Source: Paramecium tetraurelia (taxonomy: Eukaryota). From it: a DNA stretch of 64,000 nt. Position numbers and translations under genes: made by a program. Shown piece by piece: positions 39,208 to 52,027 of this stretch. Below the pieces are notes generated by a model, which had not been told where the DNA came from, did no database searches, and worked only from the letters and a program-made list of their open reading frames with translations. The stretch lies in NCBI GenBank assembly GCA_000165425.1, contig CT868670.1, positions 248,001-312,000 of the forward strand, given 5' to 3'. Position 1 is the stretch's first letter. The number at the start of each line of letters is the position of its first letter.

Positions 39208-41231
39208 TCATTCTTCATTCTTGGGATCATCATGTTTTTTATAATATTCATTGACCTGATGATCTTGTTTGTTTTCTAACTCTAATGGCCCGATGTCATC
39301 AATGAGATTTTCTTCATTCTAGATGATTTGTGCAACTAATTCATAGAATCATGAATACCCTATTCTGGTTTAGTTTGAGGATCCGAAATTATTTCTTCGA
39401 TTTGTTCATCAATCAATTCTTACTCCTCCGAGCTTGCTTTATGTCTAATAACTAAATAGATAAGTGTACTTTGACTCCACTTTCGGTTCTTCTTATTGAA
39501 TTTACTGCATTTCTTACAATTGTTACAATCGTCCCTCCTCATTACAATCATAAAATTTCTCTTCTTAAAGATTGGCTAGTTCATAATCTAGTTCATCATC
39601 ATCTAATTCCAAATCAGAATCTTCATTCTCATTTTCTTTATTATTATCTTCTTCAGGGATGTCTTCTTCTACTTCAAAATCTTCTTCTTTATTTTCTTTT
39701 TGAGGCTAAATTGCAGTTGAATCTTGGATGGACTAAAACATTGATCTTGGTTTTGGATCCACATCGCATAGTAATCTCTTTTCTACTGAATTAATTTTAT
39801 AGAGAGTGTCATTAACATACTGATCCCATTCCTCATTTGTGAAATGACTGTCTACCAATAAATTAGATATTTTGGTTAATATCCCTTAATATCCAGGTTT
39901 GATATGGTTTTGAAGGGATCCAACTTTCTTTTTTTCATTTGTATTGTATTTAATAATGGTCGAAGCCAAGAATTGCGAGATGGATTTGAACATCTCTGGA
40001 AGTTTCTAATAAATAAAGACTACTATCTTATCAAACCAAATGAGAGCTTGATTGTTGAATTCATGCGACATTACTAGATTAGTAATAACTTAGAATGATT
40101 GGTTATTGATCAGTTCATTCACTATCTCCTCCTTCTCACTCAGTAGTAGTAAATTGTATATTTGGAGTAAGGTGAGTTTGTTGGAGGACAAGGGAGTTAT
40201 AATTTAACCATAGGTGGTTTGATGAGGAATAGCTTAGATATTAGTAGTGGTGAAAGCATTTGGGAGATGCTTAGCTACATCCATAAAGTAGAGAAAGTAG
40301 TCTGTTTTACCTGAATTATTAATATATTACAATAGATTGGACACTAATTCATAGGCTGAAGTTCTCTGACTTTAATACTATCAATATGAGCAACAAACAT
40401 TTACACAGATGGTGAGAAAGAAATAGGGGTTCATTAGACTTTTGATTAACTCCTCCTGATCTGGATTGATTGAGCTCTTTAAGAGATTGTTGATTATCTG
40501 CATGCAATTATCGAAAATCTAAGTTTTGAATTGTGATAGATACTTCGGTTTCATAATAACGATTCAAGGCGATCTTCATTATCCTCTGCAAGATGGCCTT
40601 CTGCTTGTCTAGTAGTTGATTCTCGTCATTGGGATCAGGAGTGATGACTTTTTCAATAATTTCAGCGACATGTGGTACGTCTAGATGTTTAAGAAGATTG
40701 GAGATATCTCTGTCATTTAAGTATTGCAACATCTAATGTTCGATTTTGAATGCGATACTTTGAAATGCTTCTTCTTTAGTAAAGTGAGGATGACCTTAGA
40801 GAAGTAACCTGCTTGTGTAATGTTGAGGATATCCTCATTCAGAAGTGAAAATAGTCTATTCAAATATTGGAGGTTTTGTTCTTCGAATAGGAAATCTTAG
40901 AAGAAATCATTCTCCTTGCTCAGGATCTCGCTTGCCAAAAAAGGATATCTAGTTTGTTCTTGAATAGACTCATACTTATATTGTTATCTCTGATGATAGG
41001 CCTCATCTACGAAATCGGTGATATACTCGATGAGGGTATCCAGATGCTCAGGGTGATCTTTGACGCTATGAATCATGGCCATGATTACTAATTAAGCAAT
41101 TTGTATTGTTATTAGGGCATCAAGAGATCTTACAATAGCAACGATTCATCCAATATTAATTTGATGTCCTTCTTGTCCTCGATGAATTCATCCATCCGCG
41201 AATTCATAAAGTTAAACATTCGGAAAATCAT
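39208..41231 (-). CDS. SAPS-domain protein (SIT4/PP6 regulatory subunit family)
   Basis: N-terminal ILDESLLLQDL...LIEYIT...YK-YPFLASEIL; LLKHLDVPHVAEII; PGYQGILTKI; acidic C-terminus. Confidence 0.8.
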
Positions 41232-41270
41232 GATTAAATTAAATTAATATTTTTAATAGAAATTACTCTC

Positions 41271-43342
41271 TCACAACTCTCCCAACATAACCAACACATC
41301 CAAAGAAACAAAGCATTCCAATGCCTCATAATTAACAAATCCCAAATTAGTGAACAATCTACCATAAAATTCATACATTACCTTGCTGTCTCCTTATTTC
41401 TAGACTCCGATCGTTACCAGAATTCTCTACTATCAGACCCTGGGAACATTGGCCTATCCTTTTGACTCTGATGTTTGAATATTGCAATCCTCTTCTCATA
41501 CAATTCATCAGGGGACAATGGTACTGCCATTGTTACTTTATCCAATTCCCACTCCTACCAAGCACCTCTATACAAGAGAGTGTTCAAATTTGGTAATTGT
41601 TCCTTTACTTATGGCAACACTGCCAAGATAGATTCCAAACACACTCTATGAGTTCCATGTGGATCAGTCAAATCTCCAGCAGCATAAATATACTCTGGTT
41701 GAATCTTCAATATTATATCCTTCACTATTTGCTTATCCTCTTCACCAAGTGGTTTCTTCTATGACTTACCAGTCTCATAAAATGGCAAATCCAAGAAATG
41801 AATATTCTATTCCTCCACTCCTGTGCACAATGCAGCACTTCTTGCTTCAGTTCTTCTGATTATAGTCTTCACATAAGCCAGATCTGGACCGTCTACTTCT
41901 CCAGGCTTCTTATCTTTGATCTATTTTTTCACTTTCTCATAAAATTCTTCTCCATTTCCACCAATCACCTTAGAAGTCTCCTTCAAAACATCTGCAAATC
42001 TCAGAGCATCAAAATCAAACACTGCCAAATTACCACTCACCATATATACTACATGAACTTCATGACCCTAATTAGTTAGTTTCTTCATAGTTCCACCCAT
42101 ACAAATCACATCATCATCTGGATGTGGTGAAAATATTATGATCTTCTATTTGCTTATTGCCTTCTTCTAAGTAAAGTATGATTCTGGCAATTTATCAGGT
42201 CTTCCTCCTGCTGGCCATCCAGTAATTCTAAATTTTATATTAATCTGCATACATTTATGTTAACTCTCTAAACACTGTCAAATTCACTATCCCACAGTTT
42301 CCTTATCCAATCTAAGTGATCAACTCCAACAATCCATTGTCCTCGTAATCTTCCTACTATAATCTCAATATTGGCTTTCCCACTTTCTAACTCAACCATA
42401 TCACTCCCTTCTTTGCTGTACTTAAATCGTACTTTATTTGCAATTCACCCTTCAACCCTTAAGCCTCCAACAACCAAGGTGCTTGATATCTTGTCAACCC
42501 TTAAGCTGATGCTCTCTCCAAAACAAACAATGTGTTCTTGTGATTCTACAAGAATGTTGCAGGATACTATGATGAAAGTTAACCTTCAATCACTGTCGAT
42601 GCTATCCTTTACTTTCCTTCTGTGAATGCAGCTATTATGATCTTTTTTGCTTATAATATGGTTCCAATTCCCATTGTTATTGCATATTTTGGAACATTTT
42701 CAATTCCATAAAATGAAGACGAAGCATCTGCTCTTGTTTTCCTATCCAAAGTGATCAATCTGGTTTTGCTATTCACTGAAGATCCTGGCTCATTAAATCC
42801 AATGTGTCCTAAATTTATTGTCAAATCCTTTACCAGTGCTTCCAATGCCTAACAGCTAAAAGTCCAATCCCCCCTTCTCCAATATCAACTTTTCGTAGTA
42901 TTGACAAAAGTCCTCAATCTACTCCTTAATTAAGGTTCCGTCTGGGATATGAATGTTCTCCTTCTGAATGTCCACATGATTGAATAGATTCTCGTGCATG
43001 AAATGGTAATACGAATGGAGAGATTCCTAAATTTATATACACGACACAGCTACCTTAGGAATTGGGAAATATTCATCCAAATTGAATGTTATCACATTCT
43101 AAAATGATAATCCTTCTTCCTTATGTAATCTAACTAGCTCCTTATAGACCTGAATTGGAGTTGATCCAGTAGCTAAACCCAGAACACAAGGGAGCTGCTA
43201 AGCTTATTTCTACTTGATAATTTGTGCTATCTCTCCAGCTATCCACACAGAAGCACATCTTTAGTTATTGAACACTTTAACTGGGATTTTTTCCTAATAT
43301 TACATGTTTTTATAGTACGTAGGGATTTGTGGTGTTATTCAT
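41271..43342 (-). CDS. nagB: Glucosamine-6-phosphate deaminase (NagB) fused to a C-terminal PIG-L/LmbE deacetylase-like domain
   Basis: [53 protein letters not shown]-terminal part has [54 protein letters not shown] and [10 protein letters not shown]. Confidence 0.95.
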
Positions 43343-43642
43343 AAGAAATTAAATAATTTAATTTTTTTTTCATCTGGAAATTCTTTAATAATCTGAGTTT
43401 GTTACTAATTGAATTTATATTTTATTAATCGATAATATTGGCATTTATTCAAATTCTGATTTTTATTACATTGAGGAATTTCTTCAATTTTTCTCCATTA
43501 ATAAACAAAACAGAAAAATAAAAAATCTTATTTAAATTTCGATATTATCTATTATATAAAAAGTTCGAAAACAGTAGAATTGATGTGAATTGCTTATGTA
43601 ATTATTAGAAAAGAATCATCATTATAAATGAGCAAATATTTT

Positions 43643-46140
43643 TCAAAATTCTGAGTCCCAATCGACAGCGACTGTGCAAATCATATCAGGACTTGTATCT
43701 CGTGTAATCATCTCTAGGAAGGGTATTTCCTCAAACTTGGATTATTAGAGTTTGGGAATGTGTGGAGGTTTAATTCCCATCATTTCTAAGTCTTCCTTGA
43801 AAATTATAGGACCAATTGTTTACCCACTAAAATCCATCGAACCAAGTATGAACTTTGAGGGCGTCATAAGATCCCCCCAATCTTAACTCAGGTGTCCTAT
43901 TCATCAATTGATCCATCAATTTAATGGCCTTGAAATCCTTCAAAAATTAAGGGTACTCTACTCTCCCATTCAGAATGGCTTCTTAGATTATGTATCTAAA
44001 ATATAAGAGGATTAATACGGGTCATCATCTTCGTTGCCAGCAAAGGGCACTTCTCCGCACATCAATTCGAAAAAGCAGATGCCCAAAGACCACAAATCTG
44101 TGGAGAAGGTGTAACCTTTGCCTTTCAATATTTCAGGAGACATGTAATGAGGTGTGCCAACAATAGTGTAAGTCTTAGAAGCTCTAGATTTTAACACTTT
44201 GGCAGTACCCATATCTATCAACTTTAAATACCCATCTTCCATGACAATGAAGTTCTCAGGTTTTACATCTCTGTAGATGATGTGATAAGAGTGGAGTTTC
44301 TCTAAAATATTAATCATCTAAGCTATGTAGAATTGAGTTTCATATGAATTCAAAAGACCTAGATCTCTAATAACATGAAATAGTTCCTTTCCTTTGACAT
44401 ATTCAGTCAATAAGTATATGTAATTTTGATCCTTAAAGGACCTATGAAAGCAGACCAAACTTGGATGATTCAACAAATCTAAAGCTTGTTTCTCATTCTT
44501 TATGTGTCTTTCCGTATTATTTGCAATAATATTTACTTTTGGAACACATTTCATGACATGCAAATTTTATTGAGGGATATCTTTAACCAAATAAGCATTT
44601 CCAAAGGTGCCTTCCCCTAAAAGCTATAATCCAATGAAGTCTTCTAAGGTAAGCAGAGAGTAATTGCTTTTTTATCGTTTCTCTAACAAACTTGAAGATC
44701 CAGCTCTGTCCTTATTCTTCTTTACTACAGTTTCCAATTCTCCTCCAATACACTCAAAGAATTGCTTAAAAGGAAGCACAGACAATGTGGTTTTACTTGT
44801 AGTTACTATATCCGAACTAATTTTCCTTTTAGACTCCTCAACTTGGAGGAATGTGTCTCCAAACAATTGACCATTGTTAAATAGTTGTCCATTAAACTCT
44901 AATTAACCATCAAGAATAATAATGAGTTTGTCAATCATTTAATTTTTCGAGAATAAGTATTCTTTACTTTCATATGTCTTTATTTTAAAGTTTGACACTA
45001 TCTTTTAAATTTACATCTTTGTCAGATCCCTTAATTAAGGGTGTTTTTCAAATGCCCATTTCTGCATATTTGTATAAATGATCAACTATGCAACTAAATA
45101 AATACAATTATGGTACCTGAATCTTCTCTCCCAAAATAGTTGTAATATCTTCTCTACTCAACGATAACAAATTCACATCCTCATCATTGGCTTTTACAGT
45201 TGCTCCTCTTACACAATTACCAAAAAGGGCTTGCTCTCCAAAGGAATCCCCCTAGTTCATGTATCTCAAGAATTATCCCTACTTCGTGACTTAGACTATT
45301 CCTTTCTGTATGATGTAGAATGAATTTGCCATGTCTCCCTCATTGACAATTATCTCTCCCTACTTAAATTTTAATGTTATCAACACATTGGCTATACTGT
45401 CTCTCTACTCTTCAGTCATAAAGTCTAAAACTCTCAATATACAACACAATACCAAAAAATTTAACTTAATCCAAGAATTTCCTATTTGTCTCATATGCCT
45501 TTTATTGGATATCCTCAACTGCCTTTCTGAATTTCTTTCTTTCCAATACCCAAAATCCGCAATCGCCTATTGCTTATACTGATGCAGATCTTGGTGCATG
45601 ATACATTAAGGCCAATTCCCCAAAATACGCTGGAGTTTTCAATACTCGCTTAACCTCCTCATTTATGATTATTTTACAATCTCCCCTTTCTTACTTATTA
45701 ATGATGAAATCTACCAATTATAAAAAATAATGTTGCTTTATCCCCCTGTTTAAATACGAAATCTGTGTTTTTAGCTGTAACATAATACATCTCATCAATT
45801 AGTTTAGCTCTACCTTTAATACTTTTCTTTACTTGTCATCATTGTCAAGCTGGGCAAACATAAAGTGATCACCAAAGGCATTCAAAATCATTTAAAAATC
45901 AAAAGGGGATTTCTCCTTCGCCTACTTAACCACATTCTCATGAATTTGCTCCTCCATCACTTCTATTTTGGCTTAACGTTTCTTGTCCCCTCTTCTTGGC
46001 TTCATGATTTAGTTGCATAAACTTACTTCCGCAGGCAAACTACTCATCGAGTAATTTCCTTTTAAAGGTTAAACTGTAGGCATGGGATCTATAGTGATTT
46101 CAGGCTGAGGTTATGGAATTTTACTTATACAAACTCCCAT
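43643..46140 (-). CDS. cGMP-dependent protein kinase (PKG-like) with N-terminal acylation motif
   Basis: Starts MGVCISK; cNMP-binding motifs FGELALMYHAPRSASV, FGEQALFGNCVRGATV and a degenerate third; kinase LGEGTFG, YRDVKPEN, IDMGTAK, GTPHYMSPE; ends WDSEF*. Confidence 0.93.
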
Positions 46141-47273
46141 TTTATAAATAATTATTAAATATGCACACTAATTTTAAATAAAATATTATTATGGTATCCC
46201 AAGCAAGATATTGATCTTACTATTAGAATTGTATCTATATATTCAAGATTCTCAGGTTTCACTCCAAACATCAGTCATCAAGGTATTATCAATTAAAATA
46301 CTCAAATAATATTTAACTATTTATAAACAATTTAATTAAGACTCTATTTTTATCAAAGCAAAATACTTTTAGATCAATTAACATCCAAAACAAAATCGTC
46401 CTTAGCATCATAATTCTTTCACTATTAAATATTTAAACTATCAACATTTGATGATGATGCTGATCTTTTTATATATATTAAGTTAACGATTTGCCTTTAT
46501 TAATATTTTCATGATTTTTATTGTTAGTGTACTTCTACATTTTCAAAGTCCTATAATATTTCCTCTTTCTTAAATTTTTTCGAGGCAATAATAGTAATAA
46601 TTTTATTCTAACCCTTGTTTTATTCTAAATACCTAGTTAATTAAGTTAAAATCCTTTTCGAAAGTCTAGATCTTCAACACCAATTCATATATTTATTTAT
46701 TTCTTTTACAATACTGTTTTCTGACTTTGAATCTGTTTCTATGTTCTAAATTATGAAATTATTCTTGAATAATCCCAACAAAGGACCCCTCCTTATTGAA
46801 CTTGAATCTTGGTATTGATCATATTTTGTATTCTATCATGAGAAGGATTTAATTATAAAATTGAGTTTAAATAACTATTTCTCATTTGTTTAAATTACTT
46901 TAAATTTTCACTAAAAATATTACATTGTCCTCAAGATCTATTATTTGTTTAATATACCAATAAATTATGCTAATTTCAGTTGTCAATATAGTCTGGCCTA
47001 TAAAGAAAGGGAATTAAGGGATATTGAAAAAGGTTTCAAAATCCTTGAATTAGCAATACCAAAAATATTTTTAGCAACTAAAACTGGTTTCTTCCTAATT
47101 CTCGAATGTAAATTATAGATGCAAAGTAAAGGCTTGGTTGTAATAACGTATATTTAAAAAAAAGTCTTATTTTGATTTTTTGATGTTTTTATGAAATGAA
47201 TTCTGTTTCCATAGCTTTTTATGACTAATATTTAATTTTACGTAAATCATATAAAATTATCTTAAAATTTAAT

Positions 47274-48917
47274 ATGTTTCAGAAGCTCATTAGAAAAATA
47301 AGGAGTTTAAAAATGAGAAATTAAATCATATTAGCCAACATCCTATTTCTAACCATTGTCATTTTATTGCCAATTTCAGCATTTTATGCTTAGTCGAAAA
47401 TTTTTACTTATATATCAAGTCACTCAACTGAACTATTGCAAGTCTAGTAGGATAAAAGTCAACTTATAATTATTGGAAATATGTTAATGAGAAGAGTGGC
47501 TTTATAACATATAAAAAGTAATATTATTGTTCTTATTAAGTAATAAACCAATTGGAATCTATTTCGAAATCTTACAATTATTTTGATTACAACAACATTA
47601 CAATAGATTTGAAATATCCTCTGCCTGCGTGTGTTCCATCTGCTTATTTAAAAGGAGATGACTATTTCATCAATTATGAATCCTTTTGCTATCAAGCTAA
47701 TGGATTAAATGATTCAATTACTCTGCCTAAAAATGACACTTCAGTTCAATCACTCCATTCCACTTTAACTTTATTGAGTGGTTACTCCATGATTTTTGGA
47801 TTAGATATAGTGAAATTGAAAGAATACTTTCATATCGGAGCTGTCTCGAACATTTAGTATCTGGCAACATACCCTGTTAGCTACCTAATCAAAACTTATA
47901 ATGTACTAAAGCGACCTTGGTAATAGACATATCATATTTAGGTATCAGAATCACGTTCAAGCCTATTCGAAGAACCCAGATTTGAACATTAGTTACACTC
48001 CCCCATTTAATCATTTTCTTAGTTAAACCTTGGAAGTTTCAATATGTTATTCAATTAAATCGAAAGCGAAGGAACTTATCGCTGTTTCTAAAACTCAATT
48101 AAGATTTGACTCATATATGATTCCGTAGATCCCCTATAATGTATTTCTATTGGATAATACAGGTGTTGTGTTATACACTAATTCAGATAACTATTTTAAT
48201 GACTCCTAGTCAATCTATTTATATAATTAGAGCATCACAGGTTTTAACAAAACTGATTGGCTAATAATCTAAGAAAATTCGTTAAACAACAATTAAACCC
48301 CCCAAATTTTCTACCATAAACTATCAAATCAATCTGTGTATCTAATTGCATTTTAACTTCCTAATCAAGAATATACTCTCATCATGTATTTGTAATATAT
48401 AATTTTGAGATACTCGAACATTACTACTACAATTGAGATGTAAGGGAGATTGGATGAAAAAAATTAAGAATTAAATACGATCTTTATGAAGATGATAGTT
48501 TCTAATTTTTCCTTCTCAGTTTTTCTTATGTTACTTGAGTTTATTGTAATAGTGCAAATTTTCGCGCCTATTCATAGACTCACTATGGAGATTAGACAGC
48601 ATACTTTGCGGGTAGGGAATAACATTAACCGAGAAATCTTTAAGTTAATTAATAATAAACCAGTAGGCAATCAATTTTTAATTCTTTAACAAAAGATGCT
48701 AAATATTGAAAATTTATTAAACGGAAATTAAAACAATAAGAGCAAGATTTGCAAAATATATGAATAAATTTAATACAATAAAAAGGAGAGACCTTTCAAA
48801 GTTAAGTAATTAAGAAAAGCAACATTGGATTTGAAGGATGATTAACACCAACTTAAACAAAAAATTAAGAATATCATAAAACTTCTATTCAATCATGAAG
48901 AAACAATAAATAATTGA
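47274..48917 (+). CDS. Membrane protein with TM - Cache-like extracellular region - TM - HAMP-like segment
   Basis: TM1 IILANILFLTIVILLPISAFY; Cache signature YNVLKRPW-YQNH across a 22-nt intron; VFLLDNTGVVLY (second PAS-like subdomain); TM2 IVSNFSFSVFLMLLEFIVIVQIF followed by APIHRLTMEI. Confidence 0.7.
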
Positions 48918-48981
48918 TTGCAATTAGCAATATAAGTTCTAGTGAATTGACTAAATACGATTAAATGGTGTCTCATTATAA

Positions 48982-49587
48982 TCAAGAATCGAATTTTCTT
49001 CTCTAATATGGTCTTCGTTGCTTAAATGCCACTCTTTTGTCTTGCTCTGCTTTCTTAACTGAATTCTCATTTTCCAAATTGGTTTTAATGAAGGATTCAA
49101 CCGTCCCTTTCCTAATATTTAGATTTTAGGCAGGCAACACCACAAATTTTTCTTAGGTCTTTAAATATAAAGGAAAATGAGCCGTCTGATAAGGCATATC
49201 ATAATCTTTAAGGTTGCTTCTTGCAGCGTTTATTGTCTAAAGTCATTGTTAAACGAATACATTCTAAAACTCTTTGAATTGATCTTTGAGCTGTTTCCTT
49301 TGGATCATAATTTACTCATTGATTGCAGATGCCTTCTTCAGACATAATTTAACAAATTCTTCGTTTTCTGCATTATTATTATTATTCTAAAGTGGAGGTT
49401 GTTATTTAGCAAAGAATGATTCTTGATGTGATATGTAATCAGATTTAATATCATCAGCAACTCTTTCATATTCATGTGATTCCTAATAGGGTTGTTGACT
49501 TGATTGTTCACCATTGTAATCACTGGTGTATTTACTGATGATGTCAACATCTTGGACGTCGCTTTCTTCTTCATTTTGACTTGACAT
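48982..49587 (-). CDS. Hypothetical protein
   Basis: MSSQNEEESDVQDVDIISKY ... RRPYQRRKFDS*; continuous ciliate-code frame. Confidence 0.65.
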
Positions 49588-49685
49588 TTATATTTCTATT
49601 TTATAATGTAAATAAAATAATATACTCTTGCAATTGCAATCAATTAAAAAAAATTATGTTGTAAAGAATTGAAAATAATAAGAAT

Positions 49686-50346
49686 TCATTGTTTGCCTTG
49701 CAATTGATTCACTAACCCTTAAATTTTATTATCCTTAATTTGTAAGAGCTATTCAAGTTTTTTAACTTTCAATTATAAAATTTCGACAGTTTCTTTTAAC
49801 TCCGAAATTGCTTGATTCTTCTCAGCCAAGATGAATCCAAAATCTTGGTTTTGTAGGGGATCCTCCTACACTGACTATTTTTGTTGCTATTAATATTACT
49901 GTTGCTTTTATTATTCAAGTGCCTTTTTCTCCAATTCTTTTTATTGTTCCAAATATTTCTCAATCTTAATTTATAAAAACTTCAAAACTCTTTCAATAGC
50001 TTCTGGTGAACAAGCAATAACACTATCAATATCATTTTTAGATAATTGAAATCCAAGTTTCTTGAAAACCTAACAGATTGTATTTATATGTACTTTCAAA
50101 TTGAGAGTGCTCCAATTGTATTACTTTTGTTAAACACTATGAGCTTGAGGGTAATTATGCTTCTCAACTAATTTGGGCAAGTAATGGTATACAATTTCAG
50201 CTACCATAGCTCCATCTGCAAAATCTCTTTGAATATTCTTCTTAGCCCTTGAGAGTGGGAGTTTGTCTAACTGTAATTTAAATTTAAGAATTTACCCAAG
50301 CATAAATATTTTACAACTCTAATTCGGAAAGTGGAGGTAAATCCAT
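49686..50346 (-). CDS. SPEF1: Sperm flagellar protein 1 (SPEF1/CLAMP), CH domain plus coiled coil
   Basis: IYAW-LDKLPLSRAKKNIQRDFADGAMVAEIVYHYLPKLVEKHNYPQAHSVQQKQYNWSTLN-KVFKKLG; C-terminal EKNQAISELKETVEIL..KVKKLEQLLQIKD. Confidence 0.93.
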
Positions 50347-50516
50347 AAAGAAGGTACAACTTAAATATAAAATAATTTAAATAATCTTGTAATAACATTG
50401 CTTTCAAATTAATAATTGTATTATCACTTCTACGCTTACCTGACACTAAGGAATGATGTCCAAATCTTTGGATAAAATAATTGCAATTTTATAATTTAAT
50501 TTTATAGCCACAATAA

Positions 50517-51518
50517 ATGTTATTATTATCCTAGCGCCAATCAACTTAACTCTAGGAATTAGAAATAATGAAGGCATCCATTTTAGGTTTGAAGTCTTTT
50601 CGTTCTAGAAACCCTTCAAATGAAAGATCACAAACCTATTAGAGATCATTGAAATTTTCAATAGACAATTAAAGATAGAAAAACAATGGGCAATCATATT
50701 CTGGTGAAAAACAAGTAAAGAGTTAACATCATTCTATAGTTGAATTTAAGTTCATAGAACTAAAAGGTTGAAAATTTGATTGCAACTTGGACCCATCAAA
50801 AAAATTCATAATCTTTGCATTCAAGTTCCAATATAGTTATAACTGGTAAGTTAATTACTGATGTGCGTTAAGTTGCTTAATTGGATGATCAAAACAAGGA
50901 ATCAATCAAGCCACACATCATTATAGAAGAGGATGCAGTGTTTACAGAAGAAAGGGAGAATTAACCTTTTATTTAAAACAATAAACATAAGCAGGTTAAA
51001 ACTCCAGTTCATTTGATTGCTCCGAACAAGAGTTATAAAGAGCAATGTATTAAATTTGTTAATGAAGAAACTCAAGAAATGAGGAAATGGAATGGAGTAA
51101 AGAAGTTACAGAATTAAAATTATCAAAGACCATAGACTACAAAGGCAAACCCTGGAAATTAAGCTAAATCATCACCTCTTGTGTTTAAAGAGCAGTCATT
51201 GCAGAATCCAATGAAAATATCATTTATAGATCAAACAAAACTCAATAAGCAATAGAGTGGACCAAATAATAATAAAAATGTGTTGTATTCTTCGAAAATA
51301 GTTAAAAAGAATAACATAGGCGTTCCTGAAGAAATTCAATAGGACAATTAATTCATTCCAGAATTAGAAAGACTAAAGGAGTAGATTTTATCAACATACT
51401 TAAAATAAAATCGTGCTCTTATTGGATCTTAAAATTAAATTCTAAAGTATATGAGTGTAATAAATTTAGAAATTTCGATTAAATCCTGTATATTTTAAAG
51501 CAGGATTTCCAAAAATGA
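50517..51518 (+). CDS. Hypothetical low-complexity protein
   Basis: MLLLSQRQSTQLQELEIMKASILGLKSFR...; long coding-like frame with short introns; 3' end approximate. Confidence 0.55.
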
Positions 51519-51555
51519 AAATCTATCTATATGGAGTATTAAATATGAAGAATTA

Positions 51556-51963
51556 TCATTTAAAAGTTTTGAGTTATTTCAAGAACCCTTGGTTAGGTTC
51601 TGCTCTTGGGTGTCTTTCTTTGACGTAATTAAAAGCCTTTTCTGCATCAATAGATAATTTTCTCATAACATAGGCTATAATAATGCTAACCGATCTGCTT
51701 TAACCTCCATAACAATGAACTAAAATATTTTTGTTTTATGCAACAACTTGATCGATGTACTGTATGCATTCTTCAAAATATTGTGAGATATCATTTTCTG
51801 GTTTATCTTCAATGAGGATGCATTTGTATTAAAACTTTAATGGGAAGTATTTTGGCAATTGTCCAATAATCAGAATATTTGAAATCTTTTGCTTTTTAAG
51901 CCAATATAAGTCTTTGGCATAGACAATTGAGGACAGGTAAACATGAGGGATTATTTCTGACAT
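51556..51963 (-). CDS. Small dual-specificity protein phosphatase (atypical DUSP), intronless, 135 aa
   Basis: EIIPHVYLSS, IEDKPENDISQYF, active site VHCYGGQSRSVSIIIAYVM, R...EPNQGFLKQL. Confidence 0.95.
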
Positions 51964-52027
51964 TCAGTAGTTAAATCGTAAATAATATAATGGATATTTA
52001 TAAATCATTAATTATCAATATAATAAT

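Noticed and set aside
50459..50472. Small inverted repeat tccaaa-tc-tttgga upstream of SPEF1
   Set aside because: A 6-bp stem with a 2-nt loop is expected by chance in 64 kb.
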